Origin: Heptranchias perlo
Lineage: Eukaryota
Assembly (NCBI RefSeq): GCF_035084215.1
Contig: NC_090325.1
Coordinates: 182,528,001 to 182,592,000, forward strand
Reading direction: 5' to 3'
DNA: 64,000 nucleotides
In this document: positions 49,240 through 60,719 of the stretch, one piece after another
How positions within the stretch are numbered: position 1 is the stretch's first letter
How the letters are laid out: each line of letters starts with the position of its first letter
Program-made: the position numbers and the translations under genes
Notes under the pieces: generated by a model
The model's database searches: none
What the model was told of the DNA's origin: nothing
What the model saw: the letters and a program-made list of their open reading frames with translations, nothing else

Positions 49240-52200
49240 TAAGAACATAAGAAATAGGAGCAGAAGTGGGCCATATGGCCCCTCAAGCATGCTCTGCCAT
49301 TCAATAAGATCATGGCTGGTCTTCTACCTCAATTCCACTTTTCCACCTATCCCCATATGCCTTGATTCCCTTAGTGTCCAAAAATCTATCAATCTCAGTT
49401 TTGAATATGCTCAATGACCAAGCATCCATAGCCCTCTGAAGTAGAGAATTCCAAAGATTCACAAACCTCAGAGTAAAGAAACTTTTCCTCATCTCAATCC
49501 TAAATGGCCAACCCCTTATCATGGGACTATGACCCCTAGATCTGGACTCTCCAGCCAGGGGAAACAGCCTCTCAGCATTTACCCTGTCAAGCCCTCTAAG
49601 AATTTTATACATTTCAATGAGATCACTTCTCATTCTTCTAAACTCCAGAGAATATAGGTTAATTCCACTCAATCTCTCATAGGACAACCCTCTCAACCCA
49701 GGAATCAATCCAGTGAACCTTTTGTTGCACCCCCTCAAAGACATGTGAGGCTCTAGCCACAGGCAAGCGAGGGCCTCATTAAAATGTAAAATTTGAGGTC
49801 TGATGACATCAATTGGACCCCAACACTATTTTAATTTTTGTATCGTTGCACCCCCTCTAAGGCAAGTATATCCTTCCTCAGGTAAGGAGACCACAGTACT
49901 CCAGGTGTGGTCTCACCAAAGCCCTGTATAATTGCAGCAAGATTTCCTTACACTTTGTAATAAAGGCCAACATACCATTTGCCTTCCTAATTGCTTGCTG
50001 TACCTGCATGTTAACTTTTTGTGTTTCGTGTACAAGGACACCCAAATCCCTCTGAGTACCAACATTTACTAATCTCTCATCTTTTAAAAAATATTCTGCT
50101 TTTTTATTCTTCCTACCAAAGTGGATAATTTCACATTTCGCCACATTATACTCTATCTGCCACCTTCTTGCCCACTCACTTAACCTGTCTATATCCCTTT
50201 GCATCCTCTTGGCGTCCTCCTCACAGCTACTTTGCCACCTAGCTTTGTAACGTCAGCAAACTTGGATACTTTACACTCACTCCCCTCATCTAAGTCATTG
50301 ATATGGACTGTAAATGGCTGGAGTCCAAGCACTGATCTTTGTGGCATCCCACTAGTTACAGCCCGCCAACCAGAAAATGGCCCATTTATTCCTACTCTCT
50401 ATTTACTGTCCATTAACCAATCCTCAATCCTAATATATTACTCCCCATCCCATGAGCCCTAATCTTGTGTAACAACCTCTTGTGTGGCACCTTATCGAAT
50501 ACCTTTTGAAAATCCACTGGATCCCCCTTATCTACCCTATTAGTTAAACCCTCAAAAAACTCTAACAGATTTGTTAAACATGATTTCTCTTTCATAAAAC
50601 CATGTTGACTCTGACTAATCATGTTATGATTTTCTAAGTGCCCTGTTACCAAGTCCCCAATAATAGATTCTAGCATTTTCCCTGCTACTGATGTCAGGCT
50701 AACTGACCTATAGTGATCTGTTTTCTCTCACCTGCCATTCTTGAATAGTGGGGTTATATTTGCGACCTTCCAATCCACTAGGACCTTTCTAGAATCTAGG
50801 GAATTCTGGAAAATCACAACTAATGCATCCACTATCTCTGCAGCCATCTCTTTTAGAACCCTAGGATGTAGGTCATCAGGTCTAGGGGATTTGTCGGCTT
50901 TTAGTCCCATTAATTTCTCCAGTACTTTTCCTTTACTAATATTAATTACTTTAAATTCCTCACTCTCATTTAACACTTGGTTCCCCAATATTTACGGTAT
51001 GTATTTTGTGTTTTCGACTGTGAAGACAGATACAAAATATTTGTTTAACATCTCCGCCATTTCCTTATTCCCCGTTATAATTTCTCCTGTCCTTGCCTCT
51101 AAGGGACCCCTGTTTACTTTTGCTAATCTCTTCCTTTTATATACTTGTAGAAGCTCTTACAATCTGTTTTTATATTTCTTGCTAGTTTACTCTCATATTC
51201 TATTTTCTCCCTCTTTTTCAATTACTCTGTATCCTTTGCTGATTTCTAAAACCCTCCCAATACTCGGACTTACTACTTTTTTTGGCAACATTATAGGCCT
51301 CTTCTTTTAATCCAATACTATCTTTAACTTCTCTAGTTAGCCACGGTTGGACCACTTTTCCCATGGAGTTTTTATTCCTCAAGGGAATGTATATTCGTTG
51401 AAAATTATGAATTATTTCTTTAAATGTTCATTATTGCTTATCTACCATCATATCCTTTAATCTAATTTCCCAATCTACCTTCGCCACCTCACCCCCTCAT
51501 ACTTATGTAATAGGCTTTGTTTAAATTTGAGTCCCTTGTTTCGGACATAACTACATCACTCCCACACTCAATATGAAATTCTATCATATTATGATCACTC
51601 TCCCCCAGAGGATCCCTTACTATGAGATTACTAATTAACCCTGTTTCATTACACAAGACAAGATCTAAAATACCCTGTTGCCTAGTTTGTTCCTCGACAT
51701 ATTGTTCTAGAAAACTGTCTCGAATGCATTCCATGAACTCATCCTCCAAACTACTTTTGCCAATTTGGTTTGCCCAGTCGATATGAAGATTAAAGTCCCC
51801 CATGATTATTGCATTACCCTTGTTACATGCTCCTCTAATTTCCTGATTTATACTCTGTCCAACAGTATAACTACTGTTAGGGGGCCTATAAACTACTCCC
51901 ACCAATGTTTTCTGCCCTTTGTTATTTCTTAGCTCCATCCAGACTGATTCTACATCCTAATTTTCAGAGCCAAGATCCTTTCTCACTACTGTCTTTATCT
52001 CATCCTTTATTATTAGGGCTACCTCCACCTCCCCTTCCTTTTCCATTTTGCCCTGGAGTATTTAGCTCCCAACCTTTGTCACCCTGCAACCACATCTCAG
52101 TAATGGCTGCTAGATGAAACCCATTTATCTCTATTTGTGCCATTAATTCATCTACCTTGTTATGAATGCTTCACTAGTCACTAATGCCCTAATTCCTTTG

Positions 52201-52339
52201 TTAAATTCTCTGTCCCTTCCAGACACACTCTGCTTGTTTTTACCCAAATTGCTATTCTGCTTTACAGCCTTGACTTTTCTCTTTAGACATAAATGTGCCT
52301 TTACCTGAATCCTACCCCCACCGTATTAGGTTAAAGCCC
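49240..52339 (-). mobile_element. CR1 LINE covering most of ORF2
   Basis: Endonuclease (VYRPPN, MGDFN, LDLVLCN, SDHN) and RT fragments; TTTCA duplication at 49235-49239 and 52340-52344. Confidence 0.9.
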
Positions 52340-53368
52340 TTTCAGTAAGTTTATGCTTTTTCTCATTCAGCCTTTTTATTTCTTCAAATTTCTAGTACTG
52401 TTTATCACTTTTGCTTGTTTTCAAGTGGCGGTGAGTTAATTCTTTTTCTTTCATTCAGTCTTTTTTTTTCTTCAAATGTACTCACTTCTACTACTTACCA
52501 TTTTTGATTGTTTTCAAGTAGTGATTTATTTGTGTTTTAATGCTTTTCGTTTCATTGAACCTTTTTAGTTCTTCATAATGTATTCATTTCTACTACATCT
52601 TATCAGTTTTTTATTCTCTTGTGCATCCCCGATTTCCTTCACCCCACCAACGGCAGTCGTGCCTTCAGCTGCCTAGATCCTAAGCTCTGGAATTCACTCC
52701 GTAAACCTTTCCGCCTCTCTCCTCCTTTAAGACACTCCTTAAAACCTACATCTCACCTGTCCTAATATATCTTTTTGTGGCTTGGTGTCAAATTTTGTTT
52801 GATAATGCTCCTGTGAAGCACTTTGGGATGCTTTACTACGTTAAAGGTGCTATGCAAGTGCAAGTTGTTGTTATGATGCTCCTTAAAACGTACCTCTACG
52901 ACCAAGCTTTTTGTCACCTGTCCTACTATCTCCTTATGTGGCTCGGTGTCAAATTTTGTGACCCACCCTGGGACGTTTTACTACGTTAAAGGCTCTATAT
53001 GAGCACACGTTGTAGTTTTCAAAGTAAAGTGATTTATTTCAGTGAGTTAATGCTTGTTCTTTCGTTGTCTTTTTCTTTCGTGAAATGTACTTATTCTAAT
53101 ACTTACCGCTTTGTTATTGTTTTCGAAGTAAAATGATTTATTTCAGCGAGTTAATGCTTGTTCTTTCATTCAGCCCTTTTCTTTCTTGAAATGTACTTAT
53201 TCTACATCACTTTTTGATTGAAATAAATCATTTTACTATGAAAACAATCAAAAACTGATGTAGAATAAGTACATTTCAAGAAAGAAAAAGGCTGAACGAA
53301 AGAACGAGCATTAACTCACTGCAATAAATCATTTTACGATGAAAACAGTGAGTTAATGCTCGTTCTCC
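52340..53368. repeat. Degenerate ~105-110 bp AT-rich tandem repeat with a terminal inversion; L2 tails inserted at 52620-53015
   Basis: Recurring GATTTATTTCAG(T/C)GAGTTAATGCTTGTTCTTTC...GAAATGTACTTATTCTA...TTTTTGATTGTTTTCAAGT; inverted unit at 53219-53347; a further partial unit at 49181-49239. Confidence 0.75.
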
Positions 53369-53369
53369 A

Positions 53370-53478
53370 AATTTCCTCTCCTCCTCACCTGAAACTTAAG
53401 CCACTTCTGAACCTTCTGCCCATCTCCTCCTTGGCCCTCTCGCACATGCGCAGACTGGGTGGGGAGACGCTCGGGAAG
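53370..53478 (+). promoter_or_regulatory. PIGG promoter/5'UTR with an NRF1-like site
   Basis: CGCACATGCGCA at 53441-53452; CpG-rich 53440-53780. Confidence 0.55.
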
Positions 53479-53632
53479 ATGAAGCTGCGGTCGTCGCTCT
53501 TCGCCTGCTGCGGCCTCCTGGTGCAGGTGTTCGGAATGGCCGTTTTCCTGCGAGGCTTTTTCCCGGTTCCTCTGAAGTCATTCGGCTCTGCAAAAGCCAA
53601 GCTGTCGGACACTCCGGAAGAGCCAGTCGTAG
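53479..53632 (+). CDS. PIGG: PIGG coding exon 1 (GPI ethanolamine phosphate transferase 2)
   Basis: MKLRSSLFACCGLLVQVFGMAVFLRGFFPVP matches PIGG (MRLGSGTFATCC...VFLRGFFPAP); 154 nt; donor AG|GTAACC. Confidence 0.93.
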
Positions 53633-53897
53633 GTAACCGGAGCTCACTATACCCGACGCCTTGACTGACGGGCCGCCCCGCCCCGCCGGTGGGGTTTAAT
53701 GGCCTATTGCTGCCGGTGTGGCCCGTACCCCCCCCCGCCGCAAGTCAGTGTTCTTTGTTGGGGGGGGCGGGGGGCGGGGGGTGAGAAAGCATCTTTCTGC
53801 CTGTTTAGGGAGACCGTCTTCATACTGATACAGAGGGCCAAGAGCGAGAGTCCTTGGGCCTCGGGATGGGCCATTTCTTGGAGACATTTCCTTTCAC

Positions 53898-54425
53898 TGC
53901 CCTGCCTGTGCCCTACAGTCCTGCAGCTGCCCTACAATCCTGCTGCTGACCTGCCTGTGCCCTACAGTCCTGCAGCTGCCCTACAATCCTGCTGCTGACC
54001 TGCCTGTGCCCTACAGTCCTGCAGCTGCCCTACAATCCTGCTGCTGACCTGCCTGTGCCCTACAGTCCTGCAGCTGCCCTACAATCCTGCTGCTGCCCTA
54101 CAATCCTGCTGCTGCCCTACAATCCTGCTGCTGCCCTGCCTGTGCCCTACAGTCCTGCAGCTGCCCTACAATCCTGCTGCTGACCTGCCTGTGCCCTACA
54201 GTCCTGCCTGTGCCCTGCTGCTGCTGACCTGCCTGTGCCCTGCCACTGCCCTACAGTCCTGCCACTGCCCTACAGTCCTGCTGCTGCCCTGCCTGTTTCC
54301 TCTACAGTCCTGCCTGTGCCCTGCTGCTGCTGACCTGTCTGTGCCCTGCCACTGCCCTACAGTCCTGCTGCTGCCCTGTCTGTCCTGCCACTGCCCTTAA
54401 GTCCTGCCAGTGTGTTACTGCCCTG
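53898..54425. repeat. CpG-free minisatellite: 49-bp unit built from ~18-19 bp subunits
   Basis: CCTGCCTGTGCCCTACAGTCCTGCAGCTGCCCTACAATCCTGCTGCTGA repeated from 53901, decaying rightward. Confidence 0.92.
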
Positions 54426-54530
54426 TAATTGTAATATTGCCCTGTTTTTCCAGGTAACTAGGTAATAGGAGAACAGACAGAGTACACGCTGCTTTGGTCC
54501 TACATCACCGTGCAGTTCTTCACTCTTTGT

Positions 54531-57500
54531 ATTAAAAACAGAAAATGCTGGAAAAGCTCAGCAAGTGAGGCAGCATCTGTGGAGAAAGAAACAGTTAATG
54601 TTTCAGGATGAAGACCTTTTATTAGAACTGGAAGATGTTAAAGTTTTTAAGCAAGCACGGGGAGGTGGGGGAAGGAAAGAACAAAAGGGAAGGTCTGTGA
54701 TAGGGTAGAGGGCAAGAGTGATTAAATGACAAAAGGGATGATGGTGCAAGACGAGGGCGGTAATGGGACAAGCTAAGAAACAAAAGATCGGTCCAGAGTA
54801 GCTGTAAATGGCAACAGCAGAACCATTACCAGCACTTGCTGTCTGAAAAAATGGAAGCAGTAGTTATGAACTGAAGTTATTGAAATCAGTGTTGAGTCCA
54901 GAAGGTTGTAAAGTGTCTAAACGAAAGATGAGATGCTGTTCCTCGAGCTTACGTTGAGTTTCCTTGGAACGGTGTAAGAAGTCGAGGTCAGAGTGGGAGT
55001 GGGATGGGGAATTAAAACGGCAAGCAACCGGCAGGTCAGGGTCACGCTTGTGAACAGAGCGGAGGTGTTCAGCAAAGCGATCACCCAATCTGCGTTTGGT
55101 CTCCCCGATGTAGAGGAGGCCGCATTGTGAGCAGTGAATACAGTATACTAAATTGAAAGTAGTACAAATAAACCACTGTTTCACCTGAAAGGAGTGTTTG
55201 AGGCCCTGGACAGTGGGAAGGGAGGAGGTGAAGGGGCAGGTATTACATCTCCTGCGCTCGCACGGGAAGGTGCGTGGGGAGGAGAGCAAGTATTGAGGGT
55301 GAAGGAAAAGTGGACCAGGGTGTTGCGGAGGAAAGAATCCTTTCGGAATGCTGAAAGGGGAGGGGAGGGGAGGGGAAGATCCGTTTGGTGGTGGGATCAT
55401 GCTGGAGGTGGCGGAAATGGCGAAGGATGATACGTTGAATGTGAAGGCTAGTGGGGTGGAAGGTGAGGACAAGGGGGACCCTTTCATGGTTCTGGAAGAG
55501 AGGGGAAAGGGTCAGGGCAGAAGTGCGGGAAATAGGACGGACATGGTCAAGGACCCTGTCATCTACAGTCCTCAGTCAAGGAAAAAGGAAGACACATGCT
55601 GGCGTGGAAGGTGGCATCATCAGAACAGATGCGACGGAAACAGAGAAACTCGGAGAAGGGAATAGAGTCCTTACAGGAAGCGGGGTGGGAGGAAGTGTAA
55701 AATCAAGGTAGCTCTGGGAGTCGGTGGATAGATATTTGATGTCAGCCTGTCCCCAGAAATAGAAATAGAGAAGTCGAGGAAGGGAAGAGTCGGATGTGGA
55801 CCATGTGAAGGCAAGGGAAGGGTGCAAATTGGAAGCAAAGTTGATGAAATTTTCCAGTTCGGGACGAGAGCAGGAAGCAGCACCAATACAGTCATCGATG
55901 TACCAGAAAAAGAAGTAAGGGAGGGGACCTGAGTAGGACTGGAACAAGGAATGTTCCACGTATCGCTCAAAAAGGCCGGCATAGCTGGGATCCATACGGG
56001 TTCCCATAGCGACACCTTTTATTTGGAGGAAGTGAGTGGAGTCAAAGGAGAAGTTGTTCAATGTAAGAACAAGTTTAGCCAGGCGGAGGAGGGTGGTGAT
56101 GGATGGGGACTGGTTGGGCCTCCGTTCAAGGAAGAAGCGGAGGGCCCGCGGGCAGTCCTGGTGGGGGATGGAGGTGTAGAGGGACTGGGCATCCATGTTG
56201 AAAAGGACACGGTTAGGGCCGGGGAACAGGAAATTGTTAAAGTGGCAGAGGTGGTCGGAAGAGACTGGACAAGGGGAGAAAAATTGAGTCGAGAAAGGAG
56301 GAAATAAGTTCTTTGGGGCAAGAACAGGCTGAAACGATGAGTCTCCCAGGGCAGTCTTGTTTGTGGATCTTGGGAAAGTAATAGAAGTGGGCTGTGCAGT
56401 GTTGGGGGACTGTGAGGTTGGAGGCCGTGGTGGGCGGGCGCGGGGAGATCTCCAGAGGAGATGAGGTCAGTGATGGTCTGGGAAACTATGGCTTGATGTT
56501 CGGCAGTGGAGTCATGGTCCAGGGGGAGGTAGGAGGAGATGTCAGAGATTTGGCGTTAAGCCTCTGCAGGGTAGAGGTCTGTTCGCCACACAGCAACAGC
56601 GCCGCCCTTGTTGGCAGGTTTAATAACAATTTCAGGGTTGGACCTGAGAGAACGGAGTGCTGCAAGTTCAGAGGGAGGTAGGTTAGAGTGAGCAAGGGGA
56701 GCAGAGAAATTGAGACAGCCGATGTCACACTGGCAGTTCGCAATGAAAAGATCAAGAGAGGGTTGGGTCCATGTGGAACAAGAATTCTGAATACGGGAGA
56801 ATGGGTCCACTGTGCGGTGGGGGGGCGAAACTCCTGGCCAAAGAAGTGGGCATGGAGGCGAAGGCGACGGAAGAAGAGCTCAGCACGTGTCGAGCTCGAA
56901 ATTAGTTGAGGTGGGGGCGCAAGGGGATGAAGCTATGGCCTTTGCTGAGGATTGATCGTTCTGGGTCAGAGAGGGGAAGGTCAGAGGGAATGGTGAAAAC
57001 ATGACAAAGGGTGACATTGGAGGGAGGGATGGGGTCAGAGGAAAGTGAAGGGGAAGAAGAATCAAGAGGGGTGTTGGTATCTAAGAGTTGTTGAAGCTTG
57101 CAATCCTTGACCCCTGAAAGGAAGAAGAAAAGTTTTTTGTTAAAGCGCCGGATGAGGTGAAGGATGAAATAGAACTGTGGACCAGGACAACTCTGAAATA
57201 GTGAGTCGGTGCTGCTGAAGAGAGAGGTCGAGAGCGTGCATGTGACGGCGCATGGAGTTGAGCATGGATCTCAGGAAGCGACAAAAGCAGTGGTTCGAGG
57301 AATGCTGAATATCATGGAGATACCTGTAATCACAGGTAGATCTGAAACATGAAAGGTGGAGTTTAAGTTGGAAACCACATGGAATAATGTGGAGATGCCG
57401 GTGATGGACTGGGGTTGACAAATGTAAGGAATCTTACAACACCAGGTTATAAGTTGGACTATAACCTGGTGTTGTAAGATTCCTTACACATGGAATAAGT

Positions 57501-57803
57501 CAGAGCTGGAGACGGTTGCTGAGGAAAGAGATGTGGCTGTGAAAGCAACTTTTAGAAGAAACCTATTCAAACGTGAGAAGGGAAACAGGAAGCAATGAAG
57601 GTGAACAAGGTAAAAAAGACAAACGGAAAGCCCGTCAGAGAGAAGAGCAGAACTTCTTCAAGGTGGGCATTCCTGGAAGAGACGTGGCAGTGAATTAAAC
57701 ACTAAATCAAAAGCAAAACACTGTGGATGCTGAAAATCTGAAATAAAAATAGAAAATGCTGAAAAAGCTCAGCAAGTGAGGCAGCATCTTTGGCGAAAGA
57801 GTT
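54531..57803 (-). mobile_element. Near full-length PLE family B with partial-tandem pLTR, decayed, antisense in PIGG intron 1
   Basis: ORF start ~57670 (MPTLKKF); KPANKGGAV, MDAQSLYTSIP, QIKGVAMG, YIDD, VYCIHC..C...YIGETKRRLGDRFAEH; direct pLTR repeat at 54535 and 57746; TSD TTCACTCTTTGT at 54519-54530 and 57804-57815; decayed hammerhead 54592-54630. Confidence 0.92.
57388..57486. mobile_element. 99-bp palindromic micro-insertion of PLE family A (variant subfamily) termini
   Basis: TSD CACATGGAATAA at 57376-57387 and 57487-57498; 29-bp arms 57423-57451 and 57460-57488; left end matches 8750-8782. Confidence 0.9.
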
Positions 57804-58062
57804 TTCACTCTTTGTGATGGTTACTATTTGGCAGTATCAGGAGCTTGAATCACCTGGCGTTAGGTGTTTGAGTCTAGTTTGGCATGCCTGGTAGTTGAGG
57901 GACTCAGTGGGGATGTGGGAATCTTTGTCTTCAGAGGACGGCCTAGACAGCTCATTGATGGTAGGGGCTTGGGATTTTCTGTAAGTAGGAAGGAGAGCCC
58001 TCTCTACTTGTGTCATCCCAGTTACAGATACAGTTTATGCATCACTTGTTCTGCTTGACAGA

Positions 58063-58156
58063 CTCACTCACCTGACGAAGGAGATAATCTCCGAAAGCTT
58101 GTGATTTTCAAATAAAACTGTTGGACTATAACCTGGTGTTGTAAGATTCCTTACAT
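58063..58156 (+). ncRNA. 94-bp PLE insert consisting of a hammerhead ribozyme (58068-58104) plus the 3' end
   Basis: tcac CTGACGA a ggaga taa tctcc GAAAGCTT gtga; AATAAA at 58111; TSD TTGACAGA at 58055-58062 and 58157-58164. Confidence 0.88.
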
Positions 58157-58989
58157 TTGACAGATATTGTACATGTTCTTTCTCCACATGTTTGATGGGG
58201 AACAGATCAAAAGAAATAACTTGTATTTATGTAGCTCCTTTCATGACCTCAGGATGTCCTAAAATGTTTCACAGCCAATGACATACTTTCGAAGTGTAGG
58301 CACTGTTGTAATGTAAAGGAATTGATTTGCACCAGAGCTGAAGGATGCATATGCTGATGGCTGGGGAGGCTGGTAATGCTTCTGAGTAGAACAGTACACC
58401 CAGTAGACATGATGTGACTCTAATGGGATGTCAAGGCTAGTCATAGCTTTGGTGGTAATTTACACAGATCGTCTTCCAGCGGTTCATCCTATTGTTTAGG
58501 CATCAGAAATATTCACACAACTTTGCAAGTCATTATAAGTCAACAGCTGATGAACTCCAGCTGGCTCATAAGTGTGATTCTGAACAGAGGGCTGCTCAGC
58601 TGTTTAAAGTGCTGATGAGTGTGATTGAACAAGCGAACAGTGCTGATTGGTAATTGAAACACATGATCAGTGACTTGTGTAAATGTTCCAATATATTCAA
58701 ACTTTTGAAATACTGCTGAGTGAAATACATCTCAGCTGAGTGCCAAGGCACTTTGAGCAGAGAGCTGCTCAGCTGTTTAAAGGCCTGGTGAGTGCTATAT
58801 GTTTGCAGCATTTTCTGTTTTTATTTGATTTAATGCATTTGCAGTTTTTCTTTTAAATCCTACATTAGTTGTCATTCTAAATATTTAACCCAGTTTAAAA
58901 ACTCTTTAGCTTTGTCATTTGAGGTTTAGATAGAGCAAGAAAATGTTTTAGCAGGCACCTTTAGGGAATCCATAGAAAAAGACTGTGCC

Positions 58990-60170
58990 TTAGGACTGGT
59001 GAAAAAGGAATGTAATACCAGTCTATAAAAGGACCAGTGGTAACCCCAGGCTATAGGCCAGTCAGCTTGACATAACTGGTAAAGTATGGATGGCATCCTG
59101 AAGGAATGAATTATGAACCAATTGGAGAAATACAGAAATATGAGGAAGCCCACGTGTCTTTATGGGATGGAGATAATGCCTGACAAATCTCTTGGGGTTC
59201 TTTGAAAAGATAACATCTTGGATAGGGAGAACTCACAGGATATTGTTTATTTATATTTCAGCAAAGCTTTTGATAAAGTGTCTTGTAGGTTCAAAAGGTT
59301 TGAAAAGCATGACATAGATGGTGTGCTTCTGAAATGGATTGAAAACTGGCCGAAGCAAAGGTTGTATGTGGAGCTGGATCCGCATGGAAGAACGTAACTG
59401 GATGGATCAGTACTGTTTACAATATACAACTTGTATTTATCTAGTGCCTTTAACAAAGAAGAATGTTTCACAGAGGCAAAACCAAAAATGGACACCGAGC
59501 CAAAGGAAATATTAGGTGGGGTGGCCAAAAGCTTAGTCAAAGAGATGGGTTTTAAGGAGGCTCTTAAAGAGGAGAGGAAGATTGAGAGACAGAGGAAGGA
59601 AATTTCAGAGCGTGGGGCCTAGGCAGCTAAAGGCATGGCTGTCAATGGTGGGGAGAAGGGAAGAGTCGAGACGCAAGAGACTGGAATGGAAAGTTTGGGT
59701 TGGGGGGGTGGGAGGGGGTTGTAGGCTTGACAGAGGCATAAAAGGATTTAAACTTGAGGATGAGAATTTTAAACTGGAGGTTTTGAGGGACCAGGCGCCA
59801 ATGTTGGTCAGTGAGGATGGGTGATGGGTGAGAGGGACTTGATGCGGGATAGGATATGGGCAGCTCAGTTTTGGATGAACTAAAGTTTATGGGGATTGGG
59901 AGGTTGGCCAGGGGAACGTTGGAATTATCGAGTCATAACTGACTTGGACGTGGGGACATAAAATTCTTCCAAGTTTGCAAATGATACTAAACTCGGAGGG
60001 ACTTGAAACAAAAGGGAATTTTGGTTGATCAAATGCAGGATAGACTGGGAAGTTGGGCTGCGAGTAGCAGATGTCATTTAAAGTGAACAAATGTAAAGTC
60101 ATGAATTTAGGAAAGAATATAAGATAAATGGTATTCTACAGAATGCAACAAAGAGGGATTCTGGTAGATA
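58990..60170 (+). mobile_element. Old CR1 (+) interrupted by an L2 fragment (-, 59424-59930)
   Basis: YLYFSKAFDKV and KFANDTKLGG remnants flank an L2 tail ACAACTTGTATTTATCTAGTGCC. Confidence 0.65.
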
Positions 60171-60472
60171 GATTACTGATGTCATGCTGACAAGCCCTCT
60201 CCTGGCAGAGAGAAACCAGGCAGTTGCCAGTCTAGAGAAATTTCCAGTATCAACAGTTGTAGACTGAAATCACCTCAGGCATATGCCTATTTGGCCAACC
60301 TCTTCATATGGTGTTGCTGAGCAGTGGCTTTAAAGGGACAGGTGAGGTCAGCAACTAAACATTACACTGCTGCAGATGCATAAGTACATGTGAGCAATGC
60401 CCGGGAGATCCATTAGTTTTTAAATAAGTTAACAAAATGTAAATAAAGCATGTGTCCATTCTTTTCACTTAG

Positions 60473-60678
60473 GCCTTACATCAAACTGGACAAAACTACC
60501 ATCTCCATTGTTTAGAAGAGTTGTCATTATGTTGGTGGATGCTTTGAGAGAAGATTTTGTGTTTGGACCAAAAGGAAGACAATTCATGCCTTATACAAGG
60601 CATTTGGTTGAACAAGGTTCATCACACAGCTTTATTGCTAAGGCCTGGCCACCAACAGTCACTATGCCCAGAATTAAG
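60473..60678 (+). CDS. PIGG: PIGG coding exon 2
   Basis: SNWTKLPSPLFRRVVIMLVDALREDFVFG...PPTVTMPRIK; acceptor CACTTAG|, donor AAG|GTAAGA; 206 nt, phase compatible with exon 1. Confidence 0.96.
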
Positions 60679-60719
60679 GTAAGACTTCTAAAGAAGAGTG
60701 GTTCATCGTAATTTGTTGA

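Noticed and set aside
53356-53478. N-terminal extension of PIGG from the in-frame ATG at 53356
   Set aside because: That ATG lies in the tandem repeat unit, probably upstream of the TSS; homology starts at 53479.
58540-58800. Additional hammerheads at CTGATGA (58547, 58612; also 49800)
   Set aside because: No stem II followed by GAAA and no stem I pairing; only a short direct repeat (GCTGCTCAGCTGTTTAAAG) is present.
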